Shown in pieces: positions 11,997 through 22,810 of a stretch of 64,000 bases of DNA. The translations under genes and the position numbers were made by a program. The DNA lies in contig CM069142.1 in the NCBI GenBank assembly GCA_035221665.1, positions 10,292,001 to 10,356,000 of the forward strand, written 5' to 3'. The notes under the pieces were generated by a model. That model was not told where the DNA came from. It saw only the letters and a list, made by a program, of their open reading frames with translations, and searched no databases. The DNA is from Okamejei kenojei (Eukaryota). Numbering within the stretch: the first letter of the stretch is position 1; each line of letters begins with the position of its first letter.

Positions 11997-12956
11997 GGTC
12001 CAATTTTTCCCAAACTGAGAAACATCCCAAACTCAATCAAACTAAAAAGTGAAAAATTCAAATCTAAATATCTACAAAAGAAGTCTTTAAGAGTGGCTGC
12101 CATGTGTAATTGCCAGTTTGTTCCCTTTCTCTGACTGCCAAAAGCTCTGTCTTGATTCATTGCATCTAAGACTTTCATTTCTGACGTTGGAGCTGCCATC
12201 TTTGACCAGATGAAGTGTGTACTCTGGTTTTGCTGATGATTTATGTTGGCAATAATCTCCAGAACCAGTAATGTTATTTCTGTCATGGTTGTGCTTCTAA
12301 TTGAGGGTAACCAGATTGCCCTGTCAGCAATTGAGCCAACCCTGTAAATTACAGGTGCTTTTATTGTAGAACTGTGTGGGATAGGTTTTCCATGCAGCTT
12401 TCTATATCTTTGCTTCATTCCTCATAAGTTAAATTCCTAGTATGTTTTTGCTTCATTTCACTTATTTATGAGATCCACAAGGGACATATTGTGTTCTGGA
12501 GTAATTCAGTACAGAAACAGGCCTTCGGCCCAACCTACCTATGCTAACCAAGATGCCCCATCTACACTCATCCCACCTGCCCTCGTTTGGTCCATATCCC
12601 TCTCAACCTTTCCTATCCATCGTGATTGCATTACCACATGAAGACGATTGAATGAACCTTTCTTCTAGATTCTTCAAATGTACTACTTCTTAATTAATAC
12701 AGGTATTATGGGGAGAAAGTAGGAGAATGGGGTGAGGAGGGAGAGATAGATCGGCCATGATTGAATGGCAGAGTAGACTTGATGGGCCAAATGGTCTAAT
12801 TCTACTCCTATTCCTTATGACCCTATGACTTATAACTAGAACATAAATCATAGAAAAGTACAGCACAGGGATGGGCCCTTAGGCCTACAATGTTTAGCCG
12901 AACATGATTTCAAGTTACACTAATCACATAAGCCTGCACATGATCCATATCCCTCT

Positions 12957-13182
12957 GGGGTTACACAAAAAGCTGGAGAAACTCAGCGGGTGCAGCAGCA
13001 TCTAAGGAGCGAAGGAGATAGGTGACGTTTCGGGTCGAGACCGTTCTTCAGTCTGAAGAAGGGTCTCGACCTGAAACGTCGCCTATCTCCTTCGCTCCTT
13101 AGATGCTGCTGCACCCGCTGAGTTTCTCCAGCTTTTTGTATAACCCTCGATTCTCCAGCATCTGCAGTTCCTTCTTTAACAC
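12957..13182. mobile_element. Palindromic Penelope terminal-repeat insertion
   Basis: 94-bp inverted arms 12958-13051 and 13053-13146 with 4 mismatches; TSD ATCCATATCCCTCT at 12943-12956 and 13183-13196. Confidence 0.9.
13053..13080 (+). ncRNA. Minimal hammerhead ribozyme motif (Penelope type)
   Basis: CUGAAGA-A-[GGGUC UC GACCU]-GAAAC-GUC. Confidence 0.65.
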
Positions 13183-13708
13183 ATCCATATCCCTCTATTC
13201 CTTTTACACACCCACATGCCTATCTAGAAGCTGTTCAAACACCACTATCATATCTATCTTCCCCCACCAACCCTGGTATTGTGTTCCAGCCCCCCACGTC
13301 TCTCTGTGTTGAAAAAAAACCTTTCCCCACACACCTGCATTAAACTTCCCCCCCACTCACCTTATTAATGCAGACAAATTCAAATAACAGAGGAGGAAGC
13401 ATCAATGGGAGTGATATATGGGGTCCCAATCAATGATCATGTGCAGCACCCACTAGTGGGTTAATTGGCTGCTGTAAATAACTAGTACTTCAGGTGAATG
13501 GCAAAAGAAACAAATGGGAGTTGGTGGGCATGTGAGAGAGAATAAGTAGCAGACCCACTGGGCAAAAATTGAAGATAAAAATGGAAGATGAAACGGGATT
13601 GCTGTGCAGGAGCTAGCTTGGGTACAGTGGGCCAAATGGGCTTCTTCTGTGCCACAATAAATAGATGATAAGTAGGGAGTTGCAATTGAATTTAAAACAT
13701 TTCTATCT

Positions 13709-14750
13709 GTAGCAATGTTACAAAATTTTGAGATTTTGAAATTCAAGTCTGCAATTTATCCCATCAGATAAAGCATAAAAAGAATTTTAATTTGACACCT
13801 AATTCACTTTCATATCTTCATTATTAAAAACGTTATGGCCATTTTCATACTCGGAAATTAGCAACTTGTTTCCTATTGCTTTTCCATTGACTTAACACAA
13901 AAGTTGTGATCAAGGACAGTCAAAAGCCCATAACTTTCTTAAAAATTAAGAGAACTGAAAGAAATTTTCAGTTATTGTAGATTGAAGCATTCTGAAACAA
14001 ATATGAAACAATCTTACTTGGATGACCTGAAATTAAAGCATATAATTAGTTAGTTACCTAATTGTAGCTAATTACAAAATTCAATTACTAGATCTAAACA
14101 TCTATCCATTTCTTAAGAAAAAATTAACATTTTTTTTTAAAGAATAAGTGTCCAAATAACATTCACACAAGAATTCACAATATAACATGATTTTTAAATC
14201 TGTCATTAATTTATAGGCCAAATTGAAGGAATTTTGTGTTTAATGCCTGTAAATTAATGGCCATTTAAATCAGCTTGCGAGTGGGATTTTCTGGAACGCG
14301 ATGGATTGGAACGTTGCAGTTGCGGTGAATTTAAACCCCATATCGGCAGGAAAAATTCTGCCGGTTCGTATGGGGAATGAATCACTGTTTAGCCGCGTTA
14401 AAGTTTGATTAAGGTCATCTAAAAAAGCAAGTTTATATGAAAAAATAAACAGCTTTCACTTACCCGTCCCCTACGTAAAATCCGTCCCCGTTGTCGGCGT
14501 TCACGGCATTAGGAGCTAATTTTTATTTTACTGCAGCGATGAAATAGTCGGGCGATTTAAAAAAAAAAAATTTACCGGCAGTCGGAACAAATCTTTAGAA
14601 AAATCTCGCACTCCGAGAAAATAAAGCTCCGGATGGCAAGGGAAAACCGCACTTTAACCCCGCTCCCCCCCCTCAAAGGCACCAAAGTCGCGCACACAGC
14701 CAGTGACAGAACTGCAGCACCGCTAAAGGTAAGTTTTGTAACATACCTAC
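13709..14750. mobile_element. Non-autonomous TIR DNA element, superfamily unassigned
   Basis: Ends GTAGCAATGTTACAAAA / TTTTGTAACATACCTAC; TATCT on both flanks; second partial copy at 59990-60597. Confidence 0.75.
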
Positions 14751-15037
14751 TATCTGCAGGTGAGCTGTTAAGTCTGTCTCAGATATGCGGAGCTTATTAA
14801 AATTGGTTCTCCACTTGAGTGCATTATGGTAAGTATATGTAGCAACAGGACCACATGGAAGGATTATAATTGGAAGGTTCTGCTAGGGTGATTGTACAGT
14901 GCAAAGTGACTCACTCAGAGACACATTTAGGTTATTCTTTGAGCTTCATGAAGATTAATGATATGGGGGATATTTATATAAAAATTATACCCAATGAAAC
15001 CATGCAGCAGAAAATTCTGAGCTGGGTTTTCTAATTC

Positions 15038-15339
15038 GTTTAATTTAGAGATACAGTGCAGAAGCAGGCCCTTTGGCCCACCAAGTACGCACCGACCAGC
15101 GATCCCCATTCGTTAACACTATCCTACACTAGTGACAATTTTTACATTTATACCAAGCCAACGAACCTAAAAATCTGTACGTCTTTGGAGTGTGGGAGGG
15201 AACCGGAGTTCTCGGAGAAAACCCATGCAGTCACGTGGAGAACGTACAAACTCTGTACAGACAGTCAGGGTTGAACGCGGGTCTCAGGCCTTGTAAGTGC
15301 TGTAGGCAGCAACTCTACCGCTGCGCCAATGCGACGCCC
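15038..15339 (-). mobile_element. HE1-type V-SINE
   Basis: Antisense of the SINE consensus seen at 4827 and 8009. Confidence 0.85.
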
Positions 15340-15561
15340 AACTATCTTGAAGGCTTTTATGTAGACTTGCGGATATTGGCCCGAGTGTGTCATAAATTAG
15401 ATTGCACCATTTTGAACACTTTGTTGGTATGCTCTGTGTATGATTACGACATCAACAAAACAAAGTGACTGTGAATAAAATGGAGGATGCAATTGAGGAG
15501 ACTTATCTAACAAAATAGCAGCAAAGTGCAGGACACATTGGGAAGATTCTCCTGCAGAGTA

Positions 15562-15736
15562 ATGTGTAGGACGGAACTGCAGATGCTGGTTTATACCACA
15601 AGAAGCTGGAGTAACTCAGCGGGACAGGCAGCATCTCTGGAGAGAAAGAATGGGTGATGTTTCAAGTCGAGGATAGGTCTTCTCAGCGATGTTGCCTGAC
15701 GCACTGAGCTGCTCCAGATTTTTCATGTTTATCTCC
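15562..15736. mobile_element. Palindromic Penelope terminal-repeat insertion
   Basis: Flanked by the direct repeat CAGAGTAATGTGT. Confidence 0.75.
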
Positions 15737-15812
15737 GACAGAGTAATGTGTTCCCAGTCATAATCCTATGCTGTGTCCCTCTTGCAACAGAAGGGAATTA
15801 CCACATTTTCTC

Positions 15813-16735
15813 GTTGTTGAAGAAGAAACTGCAGATGCTGGAGAATCAAGGGTTACACAAAAAACTGGAGAAACTCAGCGGGTGCAGCAGCATCTAAGGA
15901 GCGAAGGAGATAGGCGATGTTTCGGGTCGAGACCCTTCTTCAGACTGGTCAGGGATCAGGGAAACGACAGATATAGACGGTGATGTGGAGAGATAAGGAA
16001 CAATGAATGAAAGGAATGAAGGATATGCAAAAAAGTATCGATGATAAAGGGAACAAGCCATTGTAAGCTGTTTGTGGTGTGAAAATGAGAAGCTAGTGCG
16101 ACTGGGGTGGGGGAGGGAGATAGAGATAGAGGGAATGCCAGGGCCCGAGGACTGAGGGAGAGGTGGGAAAGGGAGGAGACAGCAAGGGTTAACAGAATTG
16201 AGAAAATTCAATGTTCAAGCCCAAAGGATGCAGACTCCCCAAGCGGAATATGAGGTGCTGTTCCTCCAACTTGCGGTGTTGCTCACTCTGGCCGTGGAGG
16301 AGGCCCAGGACCGAGAGGTCGGATGCGGAATGGGAAGGGGAGTTGAAGTGCTGAGCCACCGGGAGGTCGGGTTGGTTTTTTGCGGACCGAGCGGAGGTGT
16401 TCGGCGAAACGATCGCCAAGCCTCCGCTTGGTCTCACCGATATAGATCATCTGGCATCTGGAGCAGCAGATGCAGTAGATGAGGTTGGAGGAGGTGCAGG
16501 TGAACCTCTGTCGGACCTGGAAGGACTGCTTGGGTCCCTGAAAGGAGTGGAGGGGGGAGGTGAAGGGACAAGTGTAGCATTTCTTGCGGTTGCAAGGGAA
16601 AGTGCCCGGGGAAGGGGTAGAGCGGGAGGGAAGGGAAGAATTGACAAGGGAGTTGCGGAGGGAGCGGTCTTTGCGGAAGGCAGACAGGGGGGGAGATGGG
16701 AAGATGTGACGGGTGGAGGGGTCACGTTGGAGGTG
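15813..16735 (-). mobile_element. 5'-truncated Penelope-like element with GIY-YIG remnant
   Basis: NQPDLPVAQHFNSPSHS...RKLEEQHLIFRLGSLHPLGLNIEF; TSD ACCACATTTTCTC at 15800-15812 and 16736-16748. Confidence 0.9.
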
Positions 16736-16953
16736 ACCACATTTTCTCTCTGGGTTACAACATTCACTTCAGTCAAATTCATTTTGTATGTTTTTTAATT
16801 CTGAAGTTTAAAAATAATCTGTGACTGAAAATTTGGCAGGTTGTTATGCTTCTGCCCTAGAAAATGAGTCACAAACAGTTAAGGAATAAGACTACTCCAG
16901 GAGCAAAAATGTTGCTTTATGATCAATAGTGCCAGGGTTCATCTTATAGAATT

Positions 16954-17094
16954 CTTCTTCTTCTTCTTGCGTATGATGTGGCACAGCCTAAAGTTGTAGA
17001 CAACTTGTTCTATTTGATCTTACTTGATTGTGCACACCAGGTTGATTGCATTCGTCGAAACAGGGCGGACCACGTGAAGGTTGCAATCTCCCAC
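16954..17094 (-). mobile_element. Short non-autonomous retroposon with ribozyme head and (GAA)n tail
   Basis: TSD ATCTTATAGAATT at 16941-16953 and 17095-17107; minus strand ends CATACGCAAGAAGAAGAAGAAG; no tRNA-like head. Confidence 0.85.
17044..17094 (-). ncRNA. Minimal HDV/CPEB3-like ribozyme fold with 5'-truncated P1
   Basis: P1 (GUGG/CCGC-CCU), J1/2 GA, P2 GAUUGCA/UGCAAUC, P3 ACC/GGU, L3 UUCACGU, G, U-UUCG-A, J4/2 CGAA. Confidence 0.8.
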
Positions 17095-17449
17095 ATCTTA
17101 TAGAATTAAAATCACAGGTCGTGCTATAGTTTTGGAATATCTCAAAATTTGTTCTGTGTGGAGCTGACATTTTAAGCATGATGATGGTGGGAATAGGTCT
17201 GATTATATTGTATCAGGAATTGGCAATGGCTCCTTTCTGCTTGGTAACAGTCCGATCTTGTTATGATCAGTGGAACCTCTTCATCTTGTGGAAGATGATT
17301 GCCGGGAAAGACAGCTGCTCTGTCTAAGCTTTAACACGCCAGCATGCATGACTTGCTTCATGAAGTAATCACACCTGCTGAGAGCATTGGGGCAGCTTCT
17401 CCATTCATTGATCAGTTCTCGGCTTATTAACCATGTAGCATCTAGCCAC

Positions 17450-17872
17450 CCAGAGTGAGGCCAAACACAAATTGGAGGAACAATACCTAATATTTTGCTT
17501 GGGCAGCTTGCAATCCAGTGGTATGAATATTGATTTCTCTAACTTCAAGTAACCCATGCATCCCCTCTCTCTCCATCCCTCCCCCACCCGTCGTTGTTCT
17601 AGTTTCAAAGTCGTCTTGTTTAGTCTCATTGCCTGTAACTCGTTTTCACCTAGCCCACAGCTAACGATGACCTGTTTCCTTTGTCATCGTTAGTTTTTTG
17701 CAGATCTTTCATTCATTTGTTCTATGTCTCTCTACATCACCGTCTATGTCTCTCGTTTCCCTTTCCCCTGACTCTCAGTGTGAAGAAGGGACTCTACCCG
17801 AAACGTCACCTGTTCCTTTTCTCCAGAGATGCTGTCCGACCCGCTGAATTACTCCAGCTTTTTGTGTCTACC
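17450..17872 (+). mobile_element. Penelope 3' end and terminal repeat
   Basis: CAGAGTGAGGCCAAACACAAATTGGAGGAACA endonuclease end plus terminal repeat. Confidence 0.85.
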
Positions 17873-18072
17873 TAAACATTCATTGGTCACTAACTGTAAT
17901 CATGTATTAATCATTTATGAATCTTCATCTGAAAGCATGCAATCACACAACGATCATAGACTCCAATCATTTCCAGGGATTATTGTGGTGCCTTTGGTAG
18001 GGGCAACCAGGTTTGAAGAAGGGTCTCAAGAGATGCCGCCTGATCCGCTGAGTTACTCCAGCATTTTGAGTC

Positions 18073-18260
18073 AATAGACAATAGGTGCCATTCGGCCCTT
18101 CGAGCCAGCACTGTCATTCAATGTGATCATGGCTGATCATCCCCAATCAGTACCCCGTTCCTGCTTTCTCCCCGTATCCCCTGCACTATCTTTAAGAGCC
18201 CTATCTAGCTCTCTCTTGAAAGTATCCAGAGAACCGGCCTCTGCCGCCCTCTGAGGCAGA
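18073..18260 (-). mobile_element. CR1 3' end inserted into a Penelope repeat
   Basis: AATAGACAATAGGTGC tail; host CAGCATTTTGAGTC|TATCTTC is split, with GAGTC duplicated. Confidence 0.8.
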
Positions 18261-18317
18261 GTCTATCTTCATAGTAAGCAATCAGGCAGAATGAAAACAG
18301 GGCTGAAAGGACAATGA

Positions 18318-18996
18318 GTGCAGGTACAGCAGGCAGTGAAGAAAGCGAATGGCATGATGGCCTTTATAACAAGAGGAATCGAATATAGGAGCAAAGAGGT
18401 CCTTCTCCAGTTGTACAGGGCCCTAGTGAGACCACACCTGGAGTATTGTGTGCAGTTTTGGTCCCCTAATTTGAGGAAGGATATTCTTGCTATTGAGGGA
18501 GTGCAGCGTAGGTTTACAAGGTTAATTCCCGGGATGGCGGGACTGTCATATGCTGAGAGAATGGAGCGGCTGGGCTTGTACACTCTGGAGTTTAGAAGGA
18601 TGAGAGGGTATCGTATTGAAACATGTAAGATTGTTAAGTGTTTGGACACACTAGAGGCAGGAAACATGTTCCCGATGTTGGGGGAGTCCAGAACCAGGGG
18701 CCACAGTTTAGGAATAAGGGGTAAGCCATTTAGAACGGAGACGTGGAAACACTTTTCCTCACAGAGAGTTGTCAGTTTGTGGAATTCTCTGCCGCGGAGG
18801 GTGGTGGAGGCCGGTTCTCTGGATACTTTAAAGAGAGAGCCAGATAGGGCTCTTAAAAATAGCGGAGTCAGGGGATATGGGGAGAAAGCAGGAACGGGGT
18901 ACTGATTGGGGATGATCAGCCATGATTACATTGAATGGCGCTGCTGACTCGAAGGGCCGAATGGCCCACTCCTGCACCTATTGTCTATTGTCTATA
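18318..18996 (+). mobile_element. CR1 LINE, 5'-truncated, ORF2 C-terminus open for 195 aa plus 3' UTR
   Basis: LYRALVRPHLEYCVQFWSP...LERLGLYTLEFRRMRG-like motifs; (CTATTGT)n tail; GAGTGCAG on both flanks. Confidence 0.95.
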
Positions 18997-21322
18997 GAGT
19001 GCAGACTGGATGGTATTCCATAAGAGGTTAGATCATGGCTTGTCTACATCTTATCTTTACCAAACAAAGATTTATAAATTTTAGTTTTGACCTTTCCAGT
19101 TGAGGCCCTGATCCAACAACTTGGTTTAAGAAGAAAGTTTTGGATTTGGTCCACGCTGTGTGTGAAGGGTGCTGAGTTTGTACCTCCCCCACCCTGGGAC
19201 AAATTGGAACAAGGTTCTATGGTGCTGGGAGCGTGAGCAATTTGAATGGATGTGTAATGTGATAACAGGGAAAGCTCAAAGTGAGGACTCGAGACGTAGA
19301 AACCTCACACAACTTAATTGTGCCCGTCAGAGCTGTGAGTCAGTGGGGCCAGTTGCTGAATCAGTTTATCCAGTGACTTGACCCTTGACTCCTCCTGCTG
19401 TGTGTGTTGGTGATGCAGATGGAAGTCAATAATTGGAGCCGTATGTGCTCAGCTTCAAGTTATCCTGAGAAATGCAGTAAAGTTAAACAAGGGAAGTGTG
19501 GCGTGCTTAACTTCAAATAAACCCACAAAGCCTTATTTGTACCAAGTATCTGACACAAATCCTGTTTTGCACAAATCACTTTATAGCTTTGTGTTCCAGC
19601 GTCGCCAAAACAAAACTTAAAGCTCATAAAATCAATAGCAGAAATTATCTTGCAGGATTCATAATTTGTATAATCGGCCAACATAATTTCTATAATCGCC
19701 AATCCACACATTTTACAATAGTCATTATGCTTATTGTGAGTGTTTATTGTTGATAGCTCGGCACATGAAATGAGATCCCTGTCATAGATAATTAAATTGT
19801 TTATTCCTCCACAGTTAATACCCATCTTTAGATTTATTGATTAAGCTCACTGAGTGTGCTTTGGATAAATGTAGACATTAATTTTAATATGTTGGCTGGA
19901 ACACACTTGCTAAGCATCTTTAATGTTCATTCATCATCGCAAAAATAGGCAGGGTTTCAATGCGTTCATTTAATTGATATGCTTGTTAAATTCTGCATGG
20001 CTCATTTTACAGGCGGTTACCATGGCAATTCCTGGTATTTTTTAAATAATAAAAGATAACTTGCATCTTGGGTTACTTGATGTGCAACTGAGAAATAGTT
20101 TCTCAATTAATCCTCATAATGTAAAACTCTTTGTCACTTTAAAACAATTATCTCCGTATATGAACTGATGTTTCTAAGTTGCTGAAAACTTGTGTCATTC
20201 AAAATGTAGTGAAGTCTTGCAAAGAACCTCAGTTATGCTCGGGTGGAGTGGGTTGGGGTGTAGTGGTGTTTTTTCCTCCCCTGGGTATGGATTGGAGCCA
20301 ACTAATTCTTTGTAGGTCGGTTTGCATTTGGGGTTTAGTTGGGGGAACCATGCATTGCCTCTTCCTCCTCTGTATGCTGGTGGTGTTAAAGCAAGTTGCT
20401 ATGTCTTTTGCTGTGCGTTGAAGAAAGCAAATCCAACATAATATGCGCGGATCAATGCCGGCGCAAACCTCCTTCTTTGGGTTTTGAACGGCAGTTACCC
20501 AAGCAATTTTCCTTTGTTTTGTTCCCATGTCACAGCTGAGATATGAATAATGATGAAGGAGTGAACAATGGGAGAGGCTCTCCCTGGTGAGCCTCCTCTC
20601 TTGTCTCTATTATCTATTCAGAGTGGGGATGAATAGATCTGAAGAGTCCATTCACCCATGAAGACCCAGGGCCGCCGAGCTGCCCCAAGGCGAGCAGTTT
20701 CTCATGGGTAGCATCGATGAGAAGAGCTGGCCTGTTGCGGAGGCACACATTAATAATGCTTGCTGAAAAATCCCGAGGACTAAAACAGATGAGTATTTCT
20801 CATTCCAGCGGTGTCCTGTTTCCACAGTTGCTCAGTGCAACTGTCTCTTTCGCAATCCCTACACATGATTTAAATGCCATATGAGTTAAAAAATCCTTCA
20901 AAATTGCTGAGGTGTAATAGTAAAGATGTGATTTGGGTTACATTCACTGCCGAATCTGATGCAGCCACAGTGTAATCTGATGTGAGATTACAATAATAAA
21001 TATCACCGCACGCAGAGTTTACTTCCAAGATGTGAATAATTGGCAGAATAATTTAGAATATTTTCTAAAGTGATTTCTTTCAGTGATGCAATTAGTATCA
21101 TTCTTGCCAGCAATAACATTCCAAGGTACGTTGAAAAGAGAAGCAACCGGGTGTCATAAGATATCCACTCGCATCAGCTTTCTCTTCTTCCCTAGTAGGT
21201 TGTCGTATCATCCTGTACACCAGAGTAGCCAAACTGTGCAGGAATTGGTTTGCAAGATGCATGGTGATGGCCAATGGATGAGAACTAGGTCCCAGGACTT
21301 GCCTGTACATTAAGTACCCACA

Positions 21323-21559
21323 CTAGACACTAAAGCTGGAGTAACGCAGCAGGACAGGCAGCATCTCTGTCTGTGGTATGCCAAAGGCATGGGAGATGTT
21401 TCAGGTCGAGCCCCTTCTTCAAACGAAGAGTTTGAAGAAGGGTCTCAACCCGAAACGTCAGCCATTCCTTCTCTCCAGAGATGCTGCCTGTCCCGCTGAG
21501 TTACTCCAGCAATTTATGTCTATCTTCGGAGTAAACCAGCATCTGCAGTTCCTTCTTTC
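21323..21559. mobile_element. Palindromic Penelope terminal-repeat insertion
   Basis: TSD ACATTAAGTACCCACA at 21307-21322 and 21560-21575. Confidence 0.85.
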
Positions 21560-21924
21560 ACATTAAGTACCCACAATGATGGATTGCAGTGCACTGTTTT
21601 TATTGCTCCAGTTTGACTATTTTACCCAGCTTTTAATTTTTGGGTTGAAGTTCATTGAGGGCATCATCCTATCGGATGTGGTCAAATGCTGGACCCCATC
21701 AGTTCATCTGTTGAGGTTTTAAGGAAACAAATTAATATAGTGAGAAATTGTTTCCAACATTTCCAATTCAAACAAAAGACCGGAACACCAACTTTGCAGA
21801 TGCTGCAAATATGAAATAAGCATAAAATGCTGGAAATACTTAGAGTCATACTGCATGAAAACAAGCCCCTTGGCACAACTTGCCCATGGCAAGCAGAAGC
21901 TCCATCTAAACTAGCTCAAGTCAG

Positions 21925-22198
21925 TTATGAGATACAACATGAAAACAGGCCCTTTGGCCCACCAAGTCTGCACCAACCAACGATCATCCATGCACTAATT
22001 CTATCATACACACTAGAGAAACCAATTAACCTACAAACCTGCACGTCTTTAAAATGTGGAGGAAACCGGAGCATCTGGAGAAAACCCATGGGGTCACAGG
22101 GAGAATGTACAAACTCCGTACAGACAGCACCCGTGGTCAGGATCAAACCCGGGTGCTTGGCTCTGTAAGGCAGCTACCCTGTGCAACTGTGCCACCAT
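21925..22198 (-). mobile_element. HE1-type V-SINE
   Basis: Antisense SINE consensus. Confidence 0.8.
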
Positions 22199-22199
22199 A

Positions 22200-22650
22200 G
22201 TGCCACCTGCATGTGTTTGGCCCATACTCCTCTAATCCTTTCCTTTCCGTGTACCTGTACAAAGGTCTTTTTAATATCGTTATATTACCTGCCTCAACTA
22301 CCTTCTCTGGCAGCCCGTTCCATATACTCACCATCTTCTGTGTGAAAAATATGCCCCTCAGTTGCTTATTAAATCTTTTCCCTCTGACCTTGAACCTATT
22401 TCCCCTGGCTCTCGATTCCAATATGCTAGGTAAAAGACTGTGATTTATTCTATCTATTCCCCTGTATGATCTTGTACACCTCCATTAGATCATACCACAT
22501 CCTCCTGCGTTCTAAGGAATAAAGACCGTGCCTGCCTATAGCTCAAGCCCTCAAGTCCTGGCAACATCACCGTACATCTTCTCTGCACTCTTTCCGGCTA
22601 ACAACATCTTTCTTATAGCAGGGAGAACAAAACTGAACATAATACTTCAA
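22200..22650 (-). mobile_element. CR1/HER1 fragment
   Basis: ESRARGNRFKVRGKRF..FFTQKMVSIWNGLPEKVVEAG. Confidence 0.85.
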
Positions 22651-22810
22651 TGGAAGACGGATAAAATGCTGGAGTAACTCAGCGGGTTAGACAGCACCTC
22701 TGGAGAAAAGGAATAGGTGATGTTTCGGGTCGAGATGCTTCTTCAACTATGTCATCGCGCTGCCCATAGGAATTTGTTTCTTCCTGTTGCTGGTGGATAG
22801 TTCATGAGTG

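Larger units (their letters stand above)
12500..13362. mobile_element. Cluster of CR1/HER1 3' ends
   Basis: Minus-strand HER1-like tail 12500-12620, plus-strand CR1 3' UTR 12695-12830, minus-strand CR1 3' end 12838-13362. Confidence 0.7.

Noticed and set aside
18318-18905. 195-aa ORF as a functional gene
   Set aside because: It is a 5'-truncated CR1 ORF2 C-terminus lacking the RT core.
20639-20680. Hammerhead starting at CTGAAGAGTC
   Set aside because: No GAAA follows a plausible stem II.
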